Part shown: piece after piece, positions 43,289 to 52,664 of the stretch
Layout of the letters: the number at the start of each line of letters is the position of its first letter
Numbering within the stretch: the stretch's first letter is position 1
Notes under the pieces: generated by a model
The model's database searches: none
What the model saw: only the letters and a program-made list of their open reading frames with translations
Told to the model about the DNA's origin: nothing
Made by a program: the position numbers and the translations under genes
NCBI GenBank assembly: GCA_015065105.1
Contig: SVQZ01000003.1
Span: 35,303 to 99,302, forward strand
DNA from: Oscillospiraceae bacterium
GTDB taxonomy: Bacteria > Bacillota > Clostridia > Oscillospirales > CAG-272
Direction of reading: 5' to 3'
Length of the DNA: 64,000 bases

Positions 43289-43637
43289 TGGTGGATCCGA
43301 GGGGAATCGAACCCCTGTCCGAAAACATATTCATTGTGCTTTCTACGGGTGTAGTTTGTTTTAAAGTTTCCCTGCAGCCTTTAAGCAAACAAAATCGGAT
43401 ACAGGTAGTTTCTTAATTCATGAGCGTTACAGAAACAACTTACGCTTCACGTTCACCACTAAAATGACACCCGCGGGAAGCCGTGGTACTCAACCGTTGG
43501 ATGGGCGCACTTAGGCAGCCTGAGCTACGAGATTATCGTTAGCGTTTAATTTTAAAAGTGTGCAGCTGTTTAAAGAGTTACTGCATCTCTACCCGCTTAC
43601 CCAACTTCAACATCCCCGTCGAAACCTTTACGGACCC
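43289..43637 (-). ncRNA. ssrA: tmRNA (transfer-messenger RNA)
   Basis: The minus-strand 5' end GGGTCCGTAAAGGTTTCGACGGGG pairs with the 3' end GGTTCGATTCCCCTCGGATCCACCA. This gives an acceptor stem with the G3:U wobble and an encoded CCA. The internal tag reading frame is GCT AAC GAT AAT CTC GTA GCT CAG GCT GCC TAA (ANDNLVAQAA*, 43511-43543). smpB lies 1.2 kb away. Confidence 0.92.
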
Positions 43638-43723
43638 ATATATGCGATGCTTTGCATCGCAGTGAATAGTGAAAAGTGAAGAGTGAAGAGTTGTGGTTGA
43701 AAACCGTACAGCGGTTTTCTTCT

Positions 43724-44569
43724 TTAGAATTCCTCGTTTAAGAAGTCAATTGCGTCCTTTGTCCAGCGTTCGGGCTTCTTGGGCTGGGGAGTATCGGGAA
43801 ACTCTGTCTGCTTATCGCATACAGAAAGACCGTGAGGCCCCTTAGGATATACGTGCAATTCATAAGGAATTTTGAGTTTTGCAAGTTCTGTACAGAGATA
43901 AAGTGAGTTAAGAGAGGGAACACCCTCATCTCCTGCCGTATGCCATACAAAGGAGGTAGGGAAGTCTTTGGTTATTCTTCTTTCAAGGGAGAAGAAGTCA
44001 ACGTCCTCGTCACTTAACTTATCCTTGCCCAAAAGATTCTTTATGCTGGGGCGGTGGCCGTCATGAGTTGCCGTTATAACGGGATAGCCAAGCACCATCT
44101 TATTGGGCTTATAGCTTTCGGGATCGCCCATCGCTTCCTTAACGAAATCCTCGTTCCAGAATGCACCGCAGCTTGCCGCCAAATGACCACCTGCGGAGAA
44201 TCCGCACACAGCGATATTGTCTGTATCAACATGCCACTGCTTGGCATTCGCTCTTATCATCTTAATTGCAGAATAAACCTCAAAGAGAGCTTTGGGGAAC
44301 ACTGCGGGAACAACCGAATATTTAAGAACAAATACGTTGAAGCCTGCGGATAAGAACTTGAATGCCACGGGATCGTGCTCACGGTATGAGGTCATGGCAT
44401 AAGCTCCGCCGGGAAGGATAAGAACAGAGATCTTCTTTCTGTCAAGCCCCATTTCCTCGCCGCAGCTGTCGCCTGCGATATAACATTCAAGCTGTGGCTT
44501 ATATTCGGATGCATCATTTAAGTTTAATGCCTTATAATCGATGTCTAAATCTAAAAATTTATGTTCCAT
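43724..44569 (-). CDS. Alpha/beta-hydrolase fold esterase/lipase
   Basis: Preferred start is ATG 44569 (AAGGGTGA upstream), because ATG 44593 lies inside the upstream gene. LPGGAY oxyanion region, nucleophile elbow GFSAGGHLA, and a C-terminal HVYP.GPHG histidine motif. Confidence 0.8.
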   Translation of the reverse strand: MEHKFLDLDIDYKALNLNDASEYKPQLECYIAGDSCGEEMGLDRKKISVLILPGGAYAMTSYREHDPVAFKFLSAGFNVFVLKYSVVPAVFPKALFEVYSAIKMIRANAKQWHVDTDNIAVCGFSAGGHLAASCGAFWNEDFVKEAMGDPESYKPNKMVLGYPVITATHDGHRPSIKNLLGKDKLSDEDVDFFSLERRITKDFPTSFVWHTAGDEGVPSLNSLYLCTELAKLKIPYELHVYPKGPHGLSVCDKQTEFPDTPQPKKPERWTKDAIDFLNEEF

Positions 44570-44579
44570 ATTGTCACCC

Positions 44580-44810
44580 TTAATTGTCTTCATCTAACTC
44601 ATCGATTCGGTCTTCCACCTCAGCTATGAGATCTTGAAGTTCTACGTATTTATCTTCCCATTCCTCATATTTATCCGAATTTTCGTCAGGTTCATTTTCT
44701 TCGAGGTCAAACATTTGATCCTCTAATTCGTCAAGATAATTTTCCAATTCTTCTATAGACATATTGTCAATATCGGGAATATTATTTGAATAGTGAAGTT
44801 CTATTATCAT
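44580..44810 (-). CDS. Small highly acidic coiled-coil hypothetical protein
   Basis: Preferred start is ATG 44810 (GAGGA upstream), immediately after the smpB stop. The 76-aa product is dominated by D/E heptads (EELENYLDELEDQMFDLEENEPDE...). Confidence 0.5.
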   Translation of the reverse strand: MIIELHYSNNIPDIDNMSIEELENYLDELEDQMFDLEENEPDENSDKYEEWEDKYVELQDLIAEVEDRIDELDEDN

Positions 44811-44820
44811 ATCAGAATCC

Positions 44821-45303
44821 TCAATAATGCTGTTTTTGCTTGAAGCTCTGTGCGATCTCACGTTCAGCCTGCTTTTTCTGCAGGGATTCGCGCTTGTCAT
44901 AAAGCTTTTTACCCTGGCAAAGACCTATTTCCATTTTAACTCTTGAGCCCTTGAAGTAAAGGGAAAGGGGAACAAGGGTAAGTCCCTTTTGCGAAACCTG
45001 ACCGAAAAGGCGGTTTATTTCCTTTTTATGCATTAAGAGCTTTTTTTCTCTTAAGGGGTCTTTATTAAAAATATTACCCTGTTCATAGGGGGAGATATGC
45101 ACTCCCGAGGCGAAGATCTCGCCCTTGTATATATGGCAGTAGCTATCCTTCAGATTGACTCCTCCTCGGCGAAGAGATTTAACCTCTGTGCCGAAAAGCT
45201 CAATGCCTGCCTCAAAGCTTTCAAGAACAAAAAAGTCATGGCGTGCCTTTTTGTTCACTGCTATTGATTTGATATTATCATTGTTTGCCAAAAAGCACAC
45301 CAC
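44821..45303 (-). CDS. smpB: SsrA-binding protein SmpB
   Basis: IAVNKKARHDFFVLESFEAGIELFGTEVKSLR..., GVHISPYEQGN and KKLLMHKKEI are canonical SmpB motifs. It is adjacent to ssrA. Confidence 0.93.
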   Translation of the reverse strand: MVCFLANNDNIKSIAVNKKARHDFFVLESFEAGIELFGTEVKSLRRGGVNLKDSYCHIYKGEIFASGVHISPYEQGNIFNKDPLREKKLLMHKKEINRLFGQVSQKGLTLVPLSLYFKGSRVKMEIGLCQGKKLYDKRESLQKKQAEREIAQSFKQKQHY

Positions 45304-45467
45304 CTTTCAGCGGCAAGTTGCCGCACCCGATTTTGCTCCGCCTTTACTGTTATATTCGATGTACAGTTACACGAGGCGGAAAATTTCCTTATACGTAAAG
45401 AGTAAGATAGGGAGAGTAAAAATACTCTCCCAATAATATAGCACAAATTAAGCTGTTTGTCAACCGA

Positions 45468-46835
45468 TCAACGATCGTCAATTTTCGTATATTCTCTCGG
45501 TTCACCGACACCCATATAACCGGGACGGATTATTTTATCTGCATTAATCAGACCCTCTATACGGTGTGCGCTCCAGCCTACTATTCTTGCGATAGCAAAA
45601 ATGGGGGTAAGAAGCTCTGCGGGAATATTGAGCATAGAATAAACGAATCCGCTGAAGAAGTCAACGTTGGGGCTTACACCCTTATAGATCTTACGCTTTT
45701 CGGAGATCAGGCGTGTACCTATCTTTGCAACGTTCTTGTAAAGGGCGTATTCCTTGTCTCTGCCTTTTTCGGCACTTAAGTCCTTAACGCACCTTTCAAG
45801 AATACAGGCTCTGGGGTCGGATATCGAATATACCGCATGACCCATACCGTATATAAGACCGCTGCGGTCAAAGGCTCTCTTTTCGAGAATTGCCGTAAGG
45901 TATTGCGCGATCTGCTCCTCGTCCTCCCAATCCTTAACGTTTTCCTTAATGTCATTGAACATACGTACGACCTTGATATTCGCACCGCCGTGCTTGGGAC
46001 CCTTAAGGGAGCCGAGTGCCGCCGCAATTGCAGAATATGTATCTGTGCCCGAAGAGGAAACAACGTGTGTTGTGAAGGTTGAGTTGTTACCGCCGCCGTG
46101 CTCTGCATGAAGAACCAAAGCAAGGTCGAGTATCTTTGCTTCAAGATCGGTATAGGAGCTGTCCGGGCGAAGCATATGGAGAATATTCTCCGCAGTGGAA
46201 AGATCCTCTCTCGGAGGGTGGATGAAAAGGCTTTCGCCTTCATGGTAATACTTTGAGGAAAGATAACCGTAAACGCTCCAAACGGGGAAGAGCGCGATAA
46301 GCTGTAAGCTCTGGCGCAGTACGTTGGGAATGGCGATATTATCCGCCATATCGTCATATGCATACATGGTAAGCACACATCTTGCAAGGGTATTCATTGT
46401 ATCCTTTGCGGGAGCCTTAAGGATGATGTCGCGCACGAAGCTTGTGGGAAGTGTACGGAAGCCTGCAAGAAGCTCGTTGAATTCCTTCAATTCCTCTCTT
46501 GTCGGTAATTTGCCGAGTAAAAGAAGATATGCTGTTTCCTCAAAGCCGAAGCGGTCTTCCTTTAAAAAGCCGTCGGTCAACTCATATATATCGTATCCGC
46601 GGTATTTGAGAATACCGTCGCAGGGAATTCTTTCTCCGTTTTCTTCGTTAAAGGAAATAATATCGGATATTTCGGTAAGTCCTGTTAAAACACCCTTGCC
46701 GCTCGTATCTCTTAAACCAACGTTGACCGAATATTTCGCATAAAGCTCTTTTTCTATGTGGTTGTTCTGAGCGCATTCCTGTGCTAATTCAAAAATCTTT
46801 GGCGGGGTTTCGGTATATGGATTTCTTGTGCTCAT
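45468..46835 (-). CDS. Citrate synthase (citrate/2-methylcitrate synthase family)
   Basis: AAGGAGG RBS; 455 aa. Motifs: LHAEHGGGNNSTFT, GSLKGPKHGGAN, GMGHAVY and NVDFFSG (family active-site signatures). Confidence 0.9.
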   Translation of the reverse strand: MSTRNPYTETPPKIFELAQECAQNNHIEKELYAKYSVNVGLRDTSGKGVLTGLTEISDIISFNEENGERIPCDGILKYRGYDIYELTDGFLKEDRFGFEETAYLLLLGKLPTREELKEFNELLAGFRTLPTSFVRDIILKAPAKDTMNTLARCVLTMYAYDDMADNIAIPNVLRQSLQLIALFPVWSVYGYLSSKYYHEGESLFIHPPREDLSTAENILHMLRPDSSYTDLEAKILDLALVLHAEHGGGNNSTFTTHVVSSSGTDTYSAIAAALGSLKGPKHGGANIKVVRMFNDIKENVKDWEDEEQIAQYLTAILEKRAFDRSGLIYGMGHAVYSISDPRACILERCVKDLSAEKGRDKEYALYKNVAKIGTRLISEKRKIYKGVSPNVDFFSGFVYSMLNIPAELLTPIFAIARIVGWSAHRIEGLINADKIIRPGYMGVGEPREYTKIDDR

Positions 46836-46938
46836 AGCAGCCTCCTTGATATATTAATAATTTATTATACCATGAATTTTCAATTTAGGCAATAATTTTT
46901 TTAAAAATTATTATTATATAATATTCATAATATCTTAA

Positions 46939-46967
46939 TTGACAATAAAATTATGGTTTGCTATAAT
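46939..46967 (+). promoter_or_regulatory. Consensus sigma-A promoter for the ABC exporter operon
   Basis: TTGACA (46939-46944), 17-nt spacer, TATAAT (46962-46967), 65 nt upstream of ATG 47032. Confidence 0.65.
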
Positions 46968-47031
46968 TTTACTATAATATTTTAAATTTAACATCAATTG
47001 AATTGAAAGAATTTCAGAAAGGAGAAACAAT

Positions 47032-48786
47032 ATGCTGAAAAGACTTTCAAAATGTATCCGCGAATACATGAAATATACGGCAGCCACACCGATCCTTGTT
47101 ACGCTTGAAGTAATAATGGAAGTATTGATGCCCCTTATCATGGCGCAGATGATAGACAAGGGAATCGGTACCGATGATAAGCCGGGCAGTATGAAAATGA
47201 TTTTTATATACGGAGGGTTGCTGCTTCTTTGTGCGCTTCTGTCCATGGTGTTCGGAGGTCTTGCAGGTAAAACTGCGGCAACTGCATCCTGCGGATTTGC
47301 AAAGAATCTGCGTCAGGATATGTTCTATAGGATACAGAATTTTTCATTCTCGAACATTGATCGCTTTTCCACCGCAGGCTTGGTTACTCGTTTAACAACA
47401 GATGTAACCAACGTTCAAATGGCGTTCCAGATGCTTACAAGAATGACCTTCCGTGCACCCGTTATGCTCGTGACCGCTCTTATAGCGGCGTTCTCACTTA
47501 ACGTAAGACTTTCGCTTATCTATCTTTGCGTTACCCCCGTTCTCTTCGGAGGTCTGCTTCTTATCATAAAGTTTGCACACCCCATCTTCACCCGTGTTTT
47601 TAAGACCTATGACAAGTTAAACGGTGCCGTAGGTGAAAACTTAAGCGGTGTAAGGGTTGTAAAGAGCTTTAACCGTGAGGACTACGAAACAAAAAAATTC
47701 AAGGGAATATCCGGCGGTATATTCAGTGACTTCGTAAAGGCGGAAAAGCTTATTGCGTTTAACTTCCCCTTAATGAATATCTGTATGTACACCTGCGTTA
47801 TCCTTATCTCCTGGTTTGGTGCGAAGTTTATCGTAGCTTCGGGCAATACCGACTTTACCACAGGTATGCTTACCAGCTTTTTCACCTACAATATGCAGAT
47901 ACTTTTCTCTCTAATGATGATATCTGTAGTATTCGTAATGATGACCATTTCCCGCGCCTCTGCTGAGAGAATATACGAGGTATTTCAGGAGGAAAGCGAT
48001 ATAGTAAATCCCGACAACCCCGTAACAGAGGTTGAAAACGGTGATATCAGCTTTGAAAATGTTTCCTTCGGTTATTCGAGGAACGCTTCAAAGAAATGCC
48101 TTGATAATATTAACGTTACTATCAAATCGGGTGAAACGGTTGGTATTTTAGGCGCCACGGGTTCTGCAAAATCCACCTTCGTGTCCCTTATCCCACGTCT
48201 TTATGACGCAGGAGAGGGTGTTGTTAAGGTTGCGGGCAGAGACGTTCGCGAATACGATATAGAAGCATTGCGCGACAGCGTTGCAATGGTGCTTCAGAAG
48301 AACGTTCTCTTTTCCGGTACTATCAAGGAAAATCTCCGCTGGGGTAATGCGGATGCAACCGATGAAGAGATAAAGCGTGTCTGCCGTCTTGCACAGGCTG
48401 ACGGCTTTATAGAAGCCTTTCCCGATAAGTACGATACCTATATCGAGCAGGGAGGTACAAACGTTTCGGGAGGACAAAAGCAGAGACTTTGTATTGCAAG
48501 AGCTCTTCTTAAAAAGCCAAAGATACTTATTCTCGACGATTCCACAAGTGCTGTTGACACAAAGACCGATGCTCTTATCCGTCAGGCATTTGCTGAGGAG
48601 ATACCCGATACAACAAAGATAATCATAGCACAGCGTGTAAGCTCTGTTATGGATGCCGATAAGATCATAGTAATGGATGACGGTAAGATAGCCTCCATGG
48701 GTACCCATGAGGAGCTTTTGGAAAATGAGCCTATCTACCGTGAGGTATATGAATCCCAGGTGAAGGGAGGAGAAGAAAATGAGTAA
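47032..48786 (+). CDS. ABC exporter, fused permease/ATPase subunit 1 (heterodimeric multidrug-type)
   Basis: Six-TM domain followed by Walker A GATGSAKST, signature VSGGQKQR and Walker B ILILDDSTSAVD. Confidence 0.9.
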   Translation: MLKRLSKCIREYMKYTAATPILVTLEVIMEVLMPLIMAQMIDKGIGTDDKPGSMKMIFIYGGLLLLCALLSMVFGGLAGKTAATASCGFAKNLRQDMFYRIQNFSFSNIDRFSTAGLVTRLTTDVTNVQMAFQMLTRMTFRAPVMLVTALIAAFSLNVRLSLIYLCVTPVLFGGLLLIIKFAHPIFTRVFKTYDKLNGAVGENLSGVRVVKSFNREDYETKKFKGISGGIFSDFVKAEKLIAFNFPLMNICMYTCVILISWFGAKFIVASGNTDFTTGMLTSFFTYNMQILFSLMMISVVFVMMTISRASAERIYEVFQEESDIVNPDNPVTEVENGDISFENVSFGYSRNASKKCLDNINVTIKSGETVGILGATGSAKSTFVSLIPRLYDAGEGVVKVAGRDVREYDIEALRDSVAMVLQKNVLFSGTIKENLRWGNADATDEEIKRVCRLAQADGFIEAFPDKYDTYIEQGGTNVSGGQKQRLCIARALLKKPKILILDDSTSAVDTKTDALIRQAFAEEIPDTTKIIIAQRVSSVMDADKIIVMDDGKIASMGTHEELLENEPIYREVYESQVKGGEENE

Positions 48787-50695
48787 AAAGCCCGAAATGA
48801 AAAGACCTCCAAAGCCTGCGTTTAATAAGGGTACTGTCAAAAGATTGCTGACCTATTTCAAGCCCTACAGATTTCGTCTTGCCTTTGTGGTGTTCTGTAT
48901 AATCGCAACCTCTTTAACCCAGGTTTCCACGTCTATCTATCTTCAGATACTTATAGACGATAATATCACACCCCTTCTCAAAATGGAGAACCCTGTGTAC
49001 TCAGGTCTTATAAAGACACTTCTTGTGATGGCGTGTATATATGCCGTGGGAGTGTTCTGCGGATATATGTATAACCGCCTTATGGCTATTATCTCACAGA
49101 ATATCCTAAAGGATATCCGTGATGAGATGTTCGCTCATATGCAGACCCTTCCCATCAAGTATTTTGACACTCATTCCCATGGCGACGTAATGAGCTATTA
49201 TACCAACGATACCGATACTCTTCGCCAGATGCTCTCCCAGAGCATTCCCAATATCATATCATCGGTTATGAGCATTGTTGCGGTATTCTTTGCAATGGTA
49301 TATCAGAGCGTTTGGCTTACTCTTATCGTTTTATTGTTTGTTGTTCTCGTTCTTGCAATAGTCAAGAGGATAGCAGGGAACAGCGGTAAGTATTTTGCAC
49401 GTCAGCAGGCTTCTATTGCCGAGGTGAACGGTTACGTTGAGGAAATGATGAACGGACAGAAGGTAATAAAAGTCTTCTGCCACGAGGATGCAACAAAGGA
49501 AGAGTTTGACCGTAAAAACGAAGAGCTCTGCCACAACGCAACCAATGCACATATCTTTGCAAATATTCTGATGCCCATAACAAACAATTTAGGCTTTGTG
49601 CTCTACGTGTTATTGTCTGTTATCGGCGGTCTCATGGTGCTTTACGGTGTAACTAACGTAGGACTTGGCGGTATAGGTATTCTTACCGTTGGTACAATAG
49701 CATCCTTCCTTCAGCTCTCCCGCAGCTTTGTTAACCCCATTGCACAGGTTTCACAGCAGTTCAACTCTATCATCATGGCACTTGCGGGTGCTAACAGGAT
49801 CTTCGAGCTTCTTGACCAGGAGCCCGAGGAGGATCACGGCTACGTTACTCTCGTTAATGCCAAGTACGGCGAAAACGGCGAGCTTATCGAATGTGAGGAG
49901 AAAACTCATATCTGGGCTTGGAAGCATCCCCATTCGGACGGAAGCGTTACCTACACCGAGCTTCGCGGTGAGGTAAGAATGTTTGACGTTGACTTTGCTT
50001 ACGTTGAGGGCAAGACCGTTCTTCATGACGTAACTCTCTATGCTGAGCCCGGTCAGAAGGTAGCATTCGTCGGTGCTACAGGCGCAGGTAAGACAACTAT
50101 TACAAATCTTATCAATCGCTTCTATGATATCGCAGACGGAAAGATAAGGTATGACGGTATCAATATCAATAAAATTAAGAAGCAGGATCTCCGCCGTTCC
50201 CTCGGTGTTGTGCTTCAGGACGTAAACCTCTTTACGGGTACGGTTATGGAAAATATCCGCTACGGTAAATTAGATGCAACCGATGAGGAATGTATTGCGG
50301 CGGCAAAACTCGCAAATGCAGACTCCTTTATCCGTATGCTTCCCGAGGGCTATAACACCGTTTTAAAGGGTGACGGCAGCGGCCTTTCCCAGGGTCAGCG
50401 TCAGCTTATCTCTATAGCAAGGGCCGCAGTTGCAGATCCTCCCGTTATGATACTTGACGAGGCTACGTCATCTATTGATACACGTACCGAGGCAATAGTT
50501 CAACGCGGTATGGATCGGTTGATGGAGGGCAGAACGGTATTCGTTATCGCTCACCGCCTTTCAACCGTTAAAAACTCTGACGTTATTATGGTTCTCGACC
50601 ACGGACGTATAATTGAACGCGGAAGCCATGATAAGCTAATAGAAGAAAAGGGAACATACTATCAGCTTTATACAGGAGCGTTTGAGCTTGAATAA
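48779..50695 (+). CDS. ABC exporter, fused permease/ATPase subunit 2
   Basis: 8-nt overlap with subunit 1. Walker A GATGAGKTT, signature LSQGQRQL and Walker B VMILDEATSSID. Confidence 0.9.
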   Translation: MSKKPEMKRPPKPAFNKGTVKRLLTYFKPYRFRLAFVVFCIIATSLTQVSTSIYLQILIDDNITPLLKMENPVYSGLIKTLLVMACIYAVGVFCGYMYNRLMAIISQNILKDIRDEMFAHMQTLPIKYFDTHSHGDVMSYYTNDTDTLRQMLSQSIPNIISSVMSIVAVFFAMVYQSVWLTLIVLLFVVLVLAIVKRIAGNSGKYFARQQASIAEVNGYVEEMMNGQKVIKVFCHEDATKEEFDRKNEELCHNATNAHIFANILMPITNNLGFVLYVLLSVIGGLMVLYGVTNVGLGGIGILTVGTIASFLQLSRSFVNPIAQVSQQFNSIIMALAGANRIFELLDQEPEEDHGYVTLVNAKYGENGELIECEEKTHIWAWKHPHSDGSVTYTELRGEVRMFDVDFAYVEGKTVLHDVTLYAEPGQKVAFVGATGAGKTTITNLINRFYDIADGKIRYDGININKIKKQDLRRSLGVVLQDVNLFTGTVMENIRYGKLDATDEECIAAAKLANADSFIRMLPEGYNTVLKGDGSGLSQGQRQLISIARAAVADPPVMILDEATSSIDTRTEAIVQRGMDRLMEGRTVFVIAHRLSTVKNSDVIMVLDHGRIIERGSHDKLIEEKGTYYQLYTGAFELE

Positions 50696-50722
50696 AAAAC
50701 TGCCTTCGGGCAGTTTTTTCTT
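50694..50722 (+). terminator. Rho-independent terminator
   Basis: AAAAAACTGCC-TTCG-GGCAGTTTTTT, then CTT. Confidence 0.85.
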
Positions 50723-50815
50723 TGAAATATATAATAAAAGCGAACTGATAGACCGTTTACAATCAGCAAGAGTTATGCTATAATATGTTATGATATGAAT
50801 TTTACGGAGGTAATT

Positions 50816-52474
50816 ATGAAAACTATAAAGAAGATATTTTCCGTTGTTTTGATTCTATTAATTCTGTCTCTTACAGGACTTATTATTGATGCAAAAGAAT
50901 CTGAAGATATGTTTTGTAACAGAGCAGGTGATTCTGTTGGGTGCGGTGAGAATTTAACCTGGAGTTATGAGAATGGAGTTCTGACAATATCCGGTGAGGG
51001 AAATATGATCGATTTCTCTGATGTAAATGAAACTCCCTGGTATCCTTATATCAACAGCATTGTAAGAATTGTTATTGAAAGCGGAGTAAAGGGTATCGGC
51101 AGCCATGCCTTTAGTAATGCTGCTGATTTGGAAATCGTTGATTTTTGTGATACACTTACCTATTCCGGGTTAAACGCTTTCAAAAACTGCGATAATATCA
51201 AAAAAATCAATGTTCCCGATGTTGCATCCTGGTGCAGAATAAAATTTACAAACGTATATTCCACGCCTACCGTATATACACCAAACATATATGTAAACAA
51301 TGAAGCTCTGATAGATGTTATCATCCCTGAAGGAATAACTGAAATTTCAGACTACGCTTTTTTTGATTGCTATAAGATCGAGAGTGTCATCATACCCAAC
51401 GGTGTTGTTAACATCGGTCGATCTGCATTTTTCTCGTGTACAAGACTGGCAAGCGTAACTATTCCCGATACTCTTGTAAGTATAAAAGGAGGCGGATTTG
51501 CTGATTGTGATTCATTGGAACGAATTACACTTAAAAATAATGTTAAAAATATAGAAAGTACCGCCTTGCGATCAGAAAAACTGACGGTTTATTGTTATGA
51601 GGGCTCCTACGTTGATTCCTATTGTACTAAATTTTCGGTTCCTGTAGAATATATACCCTGTGATCATAAGTTTACAAATTACATATACGATGATAATACT
51701 ACTTGTACAAACGACGGAACAAAGACCGCATACTGTGATAACGGTTGCGGTATGCAGGATACCGTTATCTTGGAGGGCAGCGCTTTAGGTCATATTTACG
51801 GCGATTGGATAATAATTGATGAGCCTACCTACGATCGTGAAGGTTATAAAATTCAAAATTGTACGGTATGCCAAAAGCTTTTGAATACCGAAAAGATTCC
51901 CAAGCTTATATACGAAGGCTTTCCGGATGTATGGAAGGGCTCATGGTATTATGACGGTGTTGAATTTTGCTTCAAGAGAGGTTATATTATCGGAACAGAC
52001 AGAGGGACCTTTGAGCCTAACGGTGTTCTGACGAGAGAACAGCTTGTTGTGATACTTGCGAGATTTGCAGGCGCAAATTTAAGCGAATATACCGTAAGCA
52101 GCTTTGAGGACGTGGAAGAAGGCTCATGGTATAGTACGGCGGTTAATTGGGCAAGCGAAATCGGTATTGTCAAAGGTATGGGTAACGGTAAATTCGGTGT
52201 TGGTAACCCTCTTTCCCGTGAACAGCTTGCTGTGATCCTTTACAGGTATGCAGAATTGCAAGGTTTAAATGTTAGCGAAAAAGCAAATCTTTCCTATTGT
52301 TCTGATGCAAAAAGGATAAGTGAATGGGCACTTGATGCTTGCGCGTGGGTAATAAAAGCAGGTATATTGGGTTCTACAAGTGAAAAGTACAATTATTTCT
52401 CACCGCAAATGACCGTAAGCCGTGCCCAGGCCGCTAAGGTGTTTATCAGCTTTTACGCATACAGTTTAAAATAA
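50816..52474 (+). CDS. Cell-surface protein: signal peptide, BspA-type LRRs, two 4-Cys repeats, 3 C-terminal SLH domains
   Basis: Preferred start is ATG 50816 (GGAGG upstream). LRR_5-like repeats (IESGVKGIGSHAFSN, IPEGITEISDYAFFDC, IPNGVVNIGRSAFFSC). 4-Cys repeats at ~51660-51900. The SLH triplet is paralogous to that of 32470-35001. Confidence 0.9.
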   Translation: MKTIKKIFSVVLILLILSLTGLIIDAKESEDMFCNRAGDSVGCGENLTWSYENGVLTISGEGNMIDFSDVNETPWYPYINSIVRIVIESGVKGIGSHAFSNAADLEIVDFCDTLTYSGLNAFKNCDNIKKINVPDVASWCRIKFTNVYSTPTVYTPNIYVNNEALIDVIIPEGITEISDYAFFDCYKIESVIIPNGVVNIGRSAFFSCTRLASVTIPDTLVSIKGGGFADCDSLERITLKNNVKNIESTALRSEKLTVYCYEGSYVDSYCTKFSVPVEYIPCDHKFTNYIYDDNTTCTNDGTKTAYCDNGCGMQDTVILEGSALGHIYGDWIIIDEPTYDREGYKIQNCTVCQKLLNTEKIPKLIYEGFPDVWKGSWYYDGVEFCFKRGYIIGTDRGTFEPNGVLTREQLVVILARFAGANLSEYTVSSFEDVEEGSWYSTAVNWASEIGIVKGMGNGKFGVGNPLSREQLAVILYRYAELQGLNVSEKANLSYCSDAKRISEWALDACAWVIKAGILGSTSEKYNYFSPQMTVSRAQAAKVFISFYAYSLK

Positions 52475-52664
52475 TATAGCGCAGTTATTAACCGAACCGA
52501 AGGGTTGGATCATAGGATCCGACCTTTTGGTATCGGATTTTTTTCTTTTTCTGTTTTATAAAGTGTTAAATATTTAAATAATATACTCATATTAAATAAA
52601 TACTTGTTGATTTTTGAAATATATTATGGTAAACTGTTAAAAATTAATTTAATGGAGTAACCTT

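Noticed and set aside
43143-43364. 73-aa plus-strand ORF overlapping the 3' end of ssrA.
   Set aside because: It overlaps the tmRNA T-arm and acceptor region and its terminator hairpins, and has no RBS.
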